IMG/VR virus record: IMGVR_UViG_3300028835_001893
Direction: 5' to 3' (one strand)
Origin: an uncultured virus (IMG/VR IMGVR_UViG_3300028835_001893)
Taxonomy: Duplodnaviria; Heunggongvirae; Uroviricota; Caudoviricetes
DNA length: 64,000 nucleotides
Under the pieces are notes generated by a model that searched no databases, was not told where the DNA came from, and saw only the letters and a list, made by a program, of their open reading frames with translations. Of the stretch, positions 1-7,975 are shown piece after piece. The stretch's first letter is position 1; each line of letters begins with the position of its first letter. A program made the position numbers and the translations under genes.

Positions 1-358
1 GTCCGTGTCCTACCAATACGTTACAAGTATATATGAACGTTTTCTCCTTGAAGTTATCGAACTTAATTGGCTGTTCATTTTCATCAAGGAATGGAATAAA
101 ACAGTCCTCGATTTTCACAAAGGACTGACAGACACGATAATAGTCTGCCCAGTTCTTTCCTTCAAATACTCGAACACACCCACCATTCCTCTGGCTAGTT
201 AGGAAAGCACGTATATTCATACTAGGAAATGAAATAATACCATCGTTGATGTACATTTTTGCTTCGGGTGGTCTTTTCGTTTTACTTTGATCGTAAAAAC
301 GATCAAACATAATATCAGTCAGACCCTTAACTTTTATGTCTATTTGCCATTCTTTCAT
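1..358 (-). CDS. RAMP/Cas7-like phage protein (candidate Vipr-type), 3' end runs off the window
   Basis: Not in the ORF track. ATG at 358 with AAGGAG RBS; open to position 1. Translates as MKEWQIDIKVKGLTDIMFDRFYDQSKTKRPPEAKMYINDGIISFPSMNIRAFLTSQRNGGCVRVFEGKNWADYYRVCQSFVKIEDCFIPF... The N-terminal beta strand and 'IISFPSMNIRAFL' resemble the RAMP 'hhP.SSh+G.h' motif. The fold call is by eye. Confidence 0.6.
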   Translation of the reverse strand, partial: MKEWQIDIKVKGLTDIMFDRFYDQSKTKRPPEAKMYINDGIISFPSMNIRAFLTSQRNGGCVRVFEGKNWADYYRVCQSFVKIEDCFIPFLDENEQPIKFDNFKEKTFIYTCNVLVGHG

Positions 359-384
359 AACTATTTCTCCTTCTCGTTAAGTTA

Positions 385-437
385 ACTATGTTTCGCTAGG
401 TTGCGCTCGGCTGTGTTTGGCTTTGCTATACTCCGCT
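385..437 (-). repeat. 11-unit pentamer array (ARY-NN)n, candidate guide-type ncRNA
   Basis: Minus strand reads AGC gg AGT at AGC aa AGC ca AAC ac AGC cg AGC gc AAC ct AGC ga AAC at AGT. Exact 5-nt period, fixed triplet with variable dinucleotide, intergenic. Confidence 0.85.
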
Positions 438-450
438 CTCCTTAAGTATG

Positions 451-651
451 TTAATATTCTACAAGATTATCAACCCAAAGGGACGCTCGATTTCCGATCT
501 TATTTTCCCTGACTTCTGCAATCCGAGTCGGGTCTGAGCCGATCCGGTCTCTTTCCTGCTTTAACCAATTAATATAGTCCATTGTACCTTTTATAGTTTG
601 AACTTTTCCTGTTTTGAAACCTTGTTTGTATAATTCTATCATTTCTCCCAT
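451..651 (-). CDS. Small phage protein, paralog of 701-913
   Basis: Start moved to the RBS-supported ATG at 651. Shares MIELY.Q..KT.K..T.KGT.DY..WL.QERDRI.SDPTR..EVRE with the neighbouring gene. Confidence 0.75.
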   Translation of the reverse strand: MGEMIELYKQGFKTGKVQTIKGTMDYINWLKQERDRIGSDPTRIAEVRENKIGNRASLWVDNLVEY

Positions 652-700
652 AAGTAACTCCTTCCGTTTAAAATTAATTACTTTGCTGCATTCCGCTGGG

Positions 701-913
701 CTATACTCTGATACGTTTACGTTTCGTAACATCAACCCAGAGAGATACTTGATCACCACTCTTACTTTCCCTGACTTCTACAGTCCGAGTCGGGTCTGAA
801 CTAATCCGGTCCCTTTCTTGTTCTAACCAATCAGAGTAGTCCACTGTGCCTTTTGCGGTTTTAATTTTCTCCGTTTTAGGACTCTGTATATATAGTTCTA
901 TCATTTTTGTCAC
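701..913 (-). CDS. Small phage protein, paralog of 451-651
   Basis: GTG start with AAGGAG RBS; clear similarity to the adjacent gene. Confidence 0.75.
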   Translation of the reverse strand: MTKMIELYIQSPKTEKIKTAKGTVDYSDWLEQERDRISSDPTRTVEVRESKSGDQVSLWVDVTKRKRIRV

Positions 914-947
914 AAGTTATACTCCTTTCTTGATTCCGATATTCTCT

Positions 948-1229
948 TTAATCATCAAACCAGGGGTGTTTACCCCATAAAAGTCTTACTTCATCTGGAT
1001 GCATAAAGCCAAGATATATAGCTCTGTGTTTCATAGCTTTATAATTTCTTATCATTGGACGTACAGTAATCAAGTTAAGTAGGGTTTTCCACCAAGGTCG
1101 ATACCCAAAAAGTGATTCACGATACTGAAACCACCAGTCATTATTCACCCCGAATCTATTGGTATGCAGGACGAGATGAATTCCTAGTTTCCAATGATCT
1201 AAAAGATATTCTATTTTTTTCTTATTCAT
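948..1229 (-). CDS. Hypothetical protein
   Basis: ORF with AAGGAG RBS in a tightly packed minus-strand run. Confidence 0.65.
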   Translation of the reverse strand: MNKKKIEYLLDHWKLGIHLVLHTNRFGVNNDWWFQYRESLFGYRPWWKTLLNLITVRPMIRNYKAMKHRAIYLGFMHPDEVRLLWGKHPWFDD

Positions 1230-1240
1230 GCTCCTTCCTT

Positions 1241-1465
1241 TTATCTTACTTTTTCAAAACCAAAAAACGCAAGTTTGTCACAATGAGGACACTGTGGTAT
1301 TTTTTGGTTTTGGTCCAGACCTGCAATTTGAAAATTATCTGGAAGACCATCTTGAAATTTCATTTCTTTTCCAGGAAATTCTTTATTACAGTTGGAGCAT
1401 TTATATATTGACTTTTCGTCCTCAATTTGCTCATTAAGAACTTCTGGTTTTGGAAAGATTGACAT
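1241..1465 (-). CDS. Zinc-ribbon protein
   Basis: CSNC...CPHC motifs; RBS present. Confidence 0.7.
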   Translation of the reverse strand: MSIFPKPEVLNEQIEDEKSIYKCSNCNKEFPGKEMKFQDGLPDNFQIAGLDQNQKIPQCPHCDKLAFFGFEKVR

Positions 1466-1480
1466 GTTATCTCCTTTCTT

Positions 1481-1768
1481 CTAATTATGACATTGAAGAT
1501 CGTTTAACAGATCCTGAACCTCTCCTTTACGTTGACAAGCGGGACATTTACAGTTAGGACCACCAGCTTCTGGATTCTCTCTTTTAAACCGCTCCAAACA
1601 TTCTTCTTCTGTTTCATTTTCCCTAATTATTGGTACATGGTGTTCCGTTTCTATATGTTGAAAAAGTTCCTCATTGGTTTTAGGAAGTTTATCGATATCA
1701 CTTCCCTTTAGTCCCTTAGTAGCGATACAATATTTACAGGCTATCGGCATCTGCTTCTCCTTTGGCAT
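1481..1768 (-). CDS. Cys/His-rich hypothetical protein
   Basis: CKYC, HIETEH and CKCPAC motifs. Confidence 0.65.
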   Translation of the reverse strand: MPKEKQMPIACKYCIATKGLKGSDIDKLPKTNEELFQHIETEHHVPIIRENETEEECLERFKRENPEAGGPNCKCPACQRKGEVQDLLNDLQCHN

Positions 1769-2013
1769 CAGTATTTAATTCTTTTTTTTCGAGCCTTTCA
1801 ATCCAATAATTTAGGATCTTATTGATATTTGAGAAAGAGCTCATTATCCTTTCTACTTCGTACCTTATTTTCTTGAGATCTTCAATATCTTCTTTTTCCA
1901 TCTGGTTTCTCCTTCTTATGAATAATGGAAGGTGATGACTGGCTGAAACATGCTTTCCGCGCCATTTTTGGTGGGTATGGTGGGAAAATCATCACCTTCC
2001 AAACTTTAGTTTC

Positions 2014-2391
2014 TTAACTAAATCTTTCTCTTAGACTAGATCCATGGTCCAATGTAATTTTCAGATCTTTTCTATGTTCTTTTTTGTAAGGACACCATGG
2101 TGGGGGGTCTTCTTCTGTTAAATGTACTTGAGAATCAAAGATTCCGAACTGACTTTCAATGAGACCAAGTTCCCATTTTTCGAACAATCCAGATTTTCTT
2201 ATCTTTTCTAATGCCCTCTCTCTCCATCTCTCAAGTATGGGGTAGGGACAATGTACATGACCTGGACGGATTACTGTCCCACCCACTTTGTATATGTATG
2301 GATCGAACCACGATTCTGTGAACTCGTTCCATCCTTTACTACTATTGAATTCCTTTATACGACATCTCTTACATATTTTTTTTTCTAACAT
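2014..2391 (-). CDS. Hypothetical protein
   Basis: ORF with RBS; CKRC and CPY motifs. Confidence 0.65.
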   Translation of the reverse strand: MLEKKICKRCRIKEFNSSKGWNEFTESWFDPYIYKVGGTVIRPGHVHCPYPILERWRERALEKIRKSGLFEKWELGLIESQFGIFDSQVHLTEEDPPPWCPYKKEHRKDLKITLDHGSSLRERFS

Positions 2392-2555
2392 AATTCCTTC
2401 CTTAACCTTTCAAAGTTTCTTTTCTAAGGATCCATTCTTCAATTATGTCTTGTATGAACTCGTCTATTTCATCTAAATCAGTTTTTTTGTCGCAGCTCTC
2501 TTTTGCGATGTCTTTAACTTTGTTGATTACATGTTCATCAATCTCAATTAACATT

Positions 2556-2900
2556 TTATCTCCTTGGTATTGGTATTGGATAGTGTTGGTGAGGATATAC
2601 TTGTTGTGTTTCTTGCCACATTTCGACATGTATGACACGGAAAGATATTTTAGTATATTTTGCATTGAGAAGTTTGAGAAGTCTGATAGCAACCTTCTTG
2701 TTATAACATCCTCGTTCTCCGATTGTTTGCCAACATTTCCCACTTAATGTAAAACTTCTATAGGGTTCTTCAAGCGGGTTGTAAGCATCTTTTTGACTTA
2801 CACCAATAAAGTTCTCAAGCTTGAGTTCTGTCCACTGGTTAGATACTGTGGAAAGATACTGAACTGTATAGAACTTAACTCTTCCATCTTTACGTAACAC
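2556..2900 (-). CDS. Hypothetical protein
   Basis: GTG start with AAGGAGG RBS. Confidence 0.6.
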   Translation of the reverse strand: MLRKDGRVKFYTVQYLSTVSNQWTELKLENFIGVSQKDAYNPLEEPYRSFTLSGKCWQTIGERGCYNKKVAIRLLKLLNAKYTKISFRVIHVEMWQETQQVYPHQHYPIPIPRR

Positions 2901-2917
2901 TGTAAGCCTCCTTTCTA

Positions 2918-3196
2918 TTAACTTAGTTTTATTATGAGGTTAGCTATACGTTTTACGTACCTATATTCATAGTGGCCACAAGGACAATTACTTATTGTTC
3001 TTTCTGGTTTTTCTTTACCCTTGATTCCTGGAAATATTTTCTCACAATAATAACATCGACGTTTAGATTTAAAACCAAATAATCTGAAGCTAGGTAATTG
3101 ATAAATGAATGGACAATAATTCCATTTACTACCTTTGACCCACTTTTTTATTCGACGTATTATTCGTCTATTTAAAAAACTTAAATCTCGTTTCAT
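2918..3196 (-). CDS. Cys-rich small protein, tandem paralog of 3210-3491
   Basis: Identical MKRDLSFLN start; shared YCEKIFPGIKG and NCPCGHYE.RYVKRIANLIIK. Confidence 0.8.
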   Translation of the reverse strand: MKRDLSFLNRRIIRRIKKWVKGSKWNYCPFIYQLPSFRLFGFKSKRRCYYCEKIFPGIKGKEKPERTISNCPCGHYEYRYVKRIANLIIKLS

Positions 3197-3209
3197 CGTA
3201 GTTGCCTCT

Positions 3210-3491
3210 TTATTTAGGTATTTCTTTGATTATGAGATTGGCTATACGTTTTACATATCTGAACTCGTAGTGGCCACAAGGACAATTTCTTATTGTTGTC
3301 TTTGGGTTTTGTCTCCCCTTGATTCCTGGAAATATTTTCTCACAATAATTACAGTGGTGTGTAAGTCCAGATTGAGGATCCATGTATATAACATTATAAA
3401 GGAATGGACAATTCCATTTATTACTTTCGATAATCCACTTTTTTATTCGATTTGTTATTTCTTTATTTAAGAAACTTAAATCTCGTTTCAT
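3210..3491 (-). CDS. Cys-rich small protein, tandem paralog of 2918-3196
   Basis: As above; the upstream AGAGGCAACTACGATG is identical in both copies. Confidence 0.8.
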   Translation of the reverse strand: MKRDLSFLNKEITNRIKKWIIESNKWNCPFLYNVIYMDPQSGLTHHCNYCEKIFPGIKGRQNPKTTIRNCPCGHYEFRYVKRIANLIIKEIPK

Positions 3492-3642
3492 CGTAGTTGC
3501 CTCTTGTTAGATTTGTTTTACTATTAGATGTGGAATAAAGGAAGGAGTCACTGGAGAAACTTCTAGGAGCGCTTTTTAAATTTTCATCTTGGATGTTGGC
3601 TCGATAATCCAGTTTCTCCAGTGACTTTAAAATAGACGCTAA

Positions 3643-3984
3643 TTATACTGACTTAACTTTTCTTTCTATTTCTCTATAATATTTAAACATCTTTTCAGTG
3701 TCGTCTTTATCAAGATATTGTAGTGACATAAATGCCGGACAGCCATTTATAGACCTCGGCAAAGCTTTATCAAGATACTCAAAAATGAAATGTACATCAT
3801 TATTTTTTAGTTCTTCTAATTTTTCTTTATCTAACATTGGAAGTACCATGAATACTGAAGTAAGCATGTTAGGTTCATTTATCAAGTGTCGATCCGAAAA
3901 AATAATACCCTTAAATAAGTCTAACGCGACTTGTTTCAGTTCTTCGTCTGTTTTGCTGACATACGTCTTTCCTATAGTTTCCAT
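3643..3984 (-). CDS. Hypothetical phage protein
   Basis: True start is probably ATG 3984 (METIGK..., GGAG RBS); the longer ORF call overlaps the tmRNA. Confidence 0.75.
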   Translation of the reverse strand: METIGKTYVSKTDEELKQVALDLFKGIIFSDRHLINEPNMLTSVFMVLPMLDKEKLEELKNNDVHFIFEYLDKALPRSINGCPAFMSLQYLDKDDTEKMFKYYREIERKVKSV

Positions 3985-4006
3985 TAGTTTCTCCAGTAAC
4001 CTTGGA

Positions 4007-4359
4007 TGGAGGTGTCGGGAATCGAACCCGAGTCCGAAAACTTTCAACACATGCTTCTACGTATATATTCTGGATTATAAATGTCATCTTCTTACTCGTA
4101 TCCAGACAACTTGTATGAAGATTAAGTCCACAGTGTCTCGCCTGATTTTTGTGGACAGAAAATCAAGCTATCTCCGTTAAAGTCGACGCTCTTTTCGAGT
4201 CCACGGAGAGGGACGGGAAAAGAACGGAGTTACGCAGCTAAGCGCATCTCTTGGTAATAGTCATCTGCGACTATGTTTAATTTGACTGGTTTTAACACGG
4301 TCAGCCGCCCGCGATACGCAACATATATTTCATTGTCCCCGTCGAAGCCATTCACCCCC
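4007..4359 (-). ncRNA. ssrA: tmRNA
   Basis: 5' GGGGGTGAATGGCTTCGACGGGG; 3' GGACTCGGGTTCGATTCCCGACACCTCCA. Acceptor stem GGGGGTG/CACCTCC with the G3.U alanine identity pair, T-arm TTCGATT, 353 nt. Tag frame 4268-4230 encodes ADDYYQEMRLAA*. Confidence 0.96.
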
Positions 4360-4371
4360 ATTTATTTTGTT

Positions 4372-4635
4372 CTAAGTTGAAATAGAACCAATCCAAACTC
4401 CTGCAAAGTCTTTTTTTATTTCAACGTATGGGTATGTAATTGTTTGTATATCCCTAGCCATCTCAGAACGACAGTCTGGACATACTAACTTTTCCCCGTT
4501 TTCGGAAATAGAACAATCTGCACAGAACTCTCCATGTTTAGGACATTTTGTTATCCACATTCTCTCTTGCCATTCACGTCCACATCTTTCGCAAACGTAG
4601 TGATTTACTTTAATATTTTTAACTATTATTCTCAT
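4372..4635 (-). CDS. Zn-finger protein, paralog of 4619-4984
   Basis: CERC..W, CPKHG..CA.C, CP.C and G.WIGS shared with the neighbour. Confidence 0.7.
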   Translation of the reverse strand: MRIIVKNIKVNHYVCERCGREWQERMWITKCPKHGEFCADCSISENGEKLVCPDCRSEMARDIQTITYPYVEIKKDFAGVWIGSIST

Positions 4636-4984
4636 CAACTGCCTCCTTTTTAGAACCAATCCAATAACCTGATGAATCGTCTCGTATTATTACGAAAGAT
4701 TCTGGCAAAAGTATTTTGTCCCACTGACAGTTTGGACCAGTTGGAGGGTTATTGTTCTGGTACTGGTAACTTATAATTTCATTTCCTGTAATTTTACATT
4801 CTGGACATATTACAAAAGGGAAGACTAGCTTCTTAGGGTCTATATTTGTAGCGCAATGAGCACAAAGATCACCATGTTTAGGACAACAAACAATATATAT
4901 TTTAGAACCTAACCATCTGTAGTTACATCTTTCACATATGTAATATGTATTTGTATATTCAACATGTTCTTCTTCTGTTCTCAT
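4619..4984 (-). CDS. Zn-finger protein, paralog of 4372-4635
   Basis: As above; AGGAG RBS. Confidence 0.7.
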   Translation of the reverse strand: MRTEEEHVEYTNTYYICERCNYRWLGSKIYIVCCPKHGDLCAHCATNIDPKKLVFPFVICPECKITGNEIISYQYQNNNPPTGPNCQWDKILLPESFVIIRDDSSGYWIGSKKEAVDENNS

Positions 4985-4999
4985 TATGTTCTCCTGTTT

Positions 5000-5281
5000 C
5001 TAGAGATCTTCAACTAGAACATTAATAATAACAATGATGCTAATAATAAGACATATTGTTTGTGTTGAACCGAAAATTACTAATAGTAATGCTGATGTTG
5101 CAAAAACTGGCCAAAATCCTGATGGAGATATCAACCACCAAAAAAGTAAACCAATATAGAACGGTATAAAACAAATCGCTGCAACAATCAAGATGAAAAT
5201 TGTTTTGGCGAGACCACTAGAATGTTCTCTCGCAAACCTTGATGATCTAACTTTTAGTTTTGTGGACAAGTTATTAAACAC
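5000..5281 (-). CDS. Membrane protein
   Basis: Two to three hydrophobic segments; RBS present. Confidence 0.7.
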   Translation of the reverse strand: MFNNLSTKLKVRSSRFAREHSSGLAKTIFILIVAAICFIPFYIGLLFWWLISPSGFWPVFATSALLLVIFGSTQTICLIISIIVIINVLVEDL

Positions 5282-5293
5282 TTCTTCTCCTTT

Positions 5294-5548
5294 CTATGAC
5301 CACTCATTTAGTTGTAGTCCATATTTGTTTGTAAGTTGTATGATAAGTCTTGCTTGAATTTGTCTCTTTGTAAATACAGAAACTTTATCTATTTTTATCA
5401 CATATTTTATATGCTTTATCATTTCTTCAAAACTTCCATTGAAGACTATATCAGCAAGACTTCCATTAGAGTCAAGTTCAATTTGTATAGATTCTCTGTC
5501 CTCAGAAAAATCTATTAACCATTTAGTTATTGTTTTATGGTCTATCAT
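5294..5548 (-). CDS. Hypothetical protein
   Basis: ORF in an operon-like run. Confidence 0.6.
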   Translation of the reverse strand: MIDHKTITKWLIDFSEDRESIQIELDSNGSLADIVFNGSFEEMIKHIKYVIKIDKVSVFTKRQIQARLIIQLTNKYGLQLNEWS

Positions 5549-5560
5549 AGTCTTATCCCT

Positions 5561-5935
5561 TTAATCTAATACTTTTACTGCTGGATAGAAGATTGTTCCT
5601 TTTGGTGTTATTGACCTGTCTATAGCAAAATCAAGAAACTTAGGACATTCTGATAGTTCATGATAAAAGAAATTCAATGAATCTTCATCTTGACTACCAA
5701 AAACAAGACTGAAAGTTTTTCCTCTGCCAATTGGTTCTACAGTTATGATTTGTCCTACGACATGTCTATCTATGAATTTCTCAGCGTTCTGTTTCTTTTT
5801 AAATACTGCAATACCAATTGTATGTTTCTCGGCAGTTACGATTTCACCTTTATTGTATATTTTACAATATTTCCCTTGAGCATAGTAACTAATACGACGA
5901 TTAGTTATTACTACTTTAAACTTAACTTTTCTCAT
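5561..5935 (-). CDS. Hypothetical protein
   Basis: ORF with AAGGAG RBS. Confidence 0.65.
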   Translation of the reverse strand: MRKVKFKVVITNRRISYYAQGKYCKIYNKGEIVTAEKHTIGIAVFKKKQNAEKFIDRHVVGQIITVEPIGRGKTFSLVFGSQDEDSLNFFYHELSECPKFLDFAIDRSITPKGTIFYPAVKVLD

Positions 5936-5951
5936 GATTGTCTCTCCTTAT

Positions 5952-6209
5952 TTAGTTTTTCATAAGAAATGAGAAAATTGCTACTAATATACTAATTGTT
6001 AGTAAGACAACAGAAAATACTTCTACTCTATTAAATCTTACTTTTTTTACGTCGTTAACGGTTATGGGCATTGTGCTACTGCCTTCTCTCAGTTTATTGA
6101 AAACCTCAACAAATTTTTCTTGAGAAAGACCAGTTGAAAATATATCTGTAATGTTTTTCAATGAATAACCGTCTCTACTTCTTCTTTGATATTTGACTTT
6201 GTATTTCAT
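5952..6209 (-). CDS. Small protein with a C-terminal TM helix
   Basis: Start moved to MKYKVKY (AGGAG RBS); hydrophobic C-terminus. Confidence 0.6.
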   Translation of the reverse strand: MKYKVKYQRRSRDGYSLKNITDIFSTGLSQEKFVEVFNKLREGSSTMPITVNDVKKVRFNRVEVFSVVLLTISILVAIFSFLMKN

Positions 6210-6408
6210 GATTAACTCCTGTACTTTCTTGTATACATTGTTTACATAATCCCCATGTATCAGCCCATTCTCCATCAGATTTATGTTTTGGTATAGAGAA
6301 TTCTTCGTCCTCCCAACGACCACATGCTCCACAATGGAAACCAGGATAAGTAAGCATTGGTTTACCGTCTCGTAACCATTTTATGTACTCTATAAGTTCT
6401 CGTAACAT
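6175..6408 (-). CDS. Zn-ribbon protein
   Basis: CGACG...CKQC. Confidence 0.65.
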   Translation of the reverse strand: MLRELIEYIKWLRDGKPMLTYPGFHCGACGRWEDEEFSIPKHKSDGEWADTWGLCKQCIQESTGVNHEIQSQISKKK

Positions 6409-6411
6409 AAC

Positions 6412-6927
6412 TTATTCCTCTTGTTTATTTGACATAGTTATCTTTATAATAATGTCGTCATCAGAATAACAATCATATTTAAAACCGTGGTCTGCAAGTT
6501 GCTGAACAATTTCATCTGCAAGTGTAGAATAATCTACAAATGAATCGCCACTAAATGAGAAGTCTATTTCAGTGTCTTTTTGAATTTCAGTTATTACTTC
6601 TGGATGGAATTCACCACTTCCTCGCATTCCCCATTCATATAAATGATACGTTTTCACAACTTTTTTAGGTTCTTTTGTTTTTGTTTGTTTGATGCTTAGT
6701 CCTAGTCTTTCTCGTACCATTGTATGTAACGAACCTGATATCTTTTTTCCACTTAATGTATGGAATTGAATTCGAATTCCTGAAGCACCTTGTGCTTCGT
6801 AAAGACCAAAGTCATCATAAAGAAGACCGTTTGGAGATGTTTCTTTTCCTCTAAATTCTATTGGGTCGTCTGAACTATAAAGTGCTTCTAAGATCTGGAT
6901 TGCCTCACCTATATTTAGTTTTATCAT
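6412..6927 (-). CDS. Hypothetical protein
   Basis: 171-aa ORF with RBS. Confidence 0.7.
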   Translation of the reverse strand: MIKLNIGEAIQILEALYSSDDPIEFRGKETSPNGLLYDDFGLYEAQGASGIRIQFHTLSGKKISGSLHTMVRERLGLSIKQTKTKEPKKVVKTYHLYEWGMRGSGEFHPEVITEIQKDTEIDFSFSGDSFVDYSTLADEIVQQLADHGFKYDCYSDDDIIIKITMSNKQEE

Positions 6928-6938
6928 AATGGTCTCTC

Positions 6939-7469
6939 CTAACTAAACTTGTATTGTCTTGGAACCTGGTCAAGTTTGTATTCTTTCAGTTTGTCTACGA
7001 ATAATCTCAATCCTTCGACTGTGTCAATATGATACAAATATACTGCTGAACCCTCTGTTCCATAGGGTCCATCATAGGGATTTAACCAAGGATCCTTTGG
7101 TGGTGGACATGTACAATTACCAGTAACTCGTACAGACTTCTTTCCAATTTCAGTTGAATATAATTCTTTAGCTACTGTTAATGGTACCGGACCATGACAA
7201 ACCCAGTATGTCCAAGCTCTCGAAAAAATATATCTGAAAAGGTCCTTTGTCAATTCTAAAAAGTCCATTTCTTGGAGTATTCTAGACTTATTTAAACTGA
7301 CTTTTATTTCTTCAGGATCGTACCAACAACCAAGAACTCCTGCTACAGACGTTTTTACTTCCGAATGTTTGAGAGTAACTGGATATATTGGTATAATACC
7401 AGCGTGTGTTAATTCTTCTCTTACTTCTTCATTACAAGTTTTTCCTGCCATGTTTTTGAAATAATACAT
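6939..7469 (-). CDS. Conserved-type phage hypothetical protein
   Basis: F.RAW.YW..G.VPL..A..LY, VRV.G.C.C.PP and YHIDT.EGL motifs of a recurrent phage family. Confidence 0.7.
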   Translation of the reverse strand: MYYFKNMAGKTCNEEVREELTHAGIIPIYPVTLKHSEVKTSVAGVLGCWYDPEEIKVSLNKSRILQEMDFLELTKDLFRYIFSRAWTYWVCHGPVPLTVAKELYSTEIGKKSVRVTGNCTCPPPKDPWLNPYDGPYGTEGSAVYLYHIDTVEGLRLFVDKLKEYKLDQVPRQYKFS

Positions 7470-7471
7470 AT

Positions 7472-7969
7472 CTACCCCATAAATTTTGAGAATAAAGAAT
7501 GTTTGTTATTTTGTATATACATTAATACATTATCTCCAACAAATTCAGCATAAGACTCTTCATAACCCATTTGTGTTAAGTCAGCAACAAAAGTTGAAAC
7601 AGTTAATTTAATTAAGTCAGTACTCATAACTTGCCTACCCAGAGAACGAAGAAAAACTTGGAACTTTTGGTCTATTGGAGAAATTATTTTTACTTTTTCA
7701 ATATCTTTTTTATCTCGTCGTTTAATATCCTTACGCCAAGAATTACAAAAGCTTGAACTACATCCCGTTCCTGCATATAATTCCTTCCTATAAACTCTAC
7801 CAAGTTCTCCTGGTAATAACATTAGTCCACAATAATATCTTGTATCTTCACCATTCCAAATAAGTTGTGGACATTGTTTACTATTTGGGTACAATCTTAA
7901 AGCAGCTGAACACTTAGCTTTTATACAACAATATCCACAACCTATACACTTTGCATATTCTGTCATCAT
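7472..7969 (-). CDS. Cys-cluster (Fe-S or Zn binding) protein
   Basis: CIGCGYCC...C...CP.L...YYC pattern. Confidence 0.65.
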   Translation of the reverse strand: MMTEYAKCIGCGYCCIKAKCSAALRLYPNSKQCPQLIWNGEDTRYYCGLMLLPGELGRVYRKELYAGTGCSSSFCNSWRKDIKRRDKKDIEKVKIISPIDQKFQVFLRSLGRQVMSTDLIKLTVSTFVADLTQMGYEESYAEFVGDNVLMYIQNNKHSLFSKFMG

Positions 7970-7975
7970 AACACC

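Noticed and set aside
385..437. Pentamer array as a simple microsatellite or coding sequence
   Set aside because: Two of five positions vary freely, and a period of 5 is incompatible with codon structure; kept as a candidate ncRNA.
4007..4040. Stand-alone tRNA gene or att site
   Set aside because: This is the 3' tRNA-like domain of the tmRNA; there is no anticodon arm, and no integrase was seen in the window.
3698..4180. Plus-strand ORFs opposite the early genes (for example 1112, 2445, 3135, 3698, 23056, 24368, 62885)
   Set aside because: Antisense to RBS-supported genes or the tmRNA, with no recognisable motifs.
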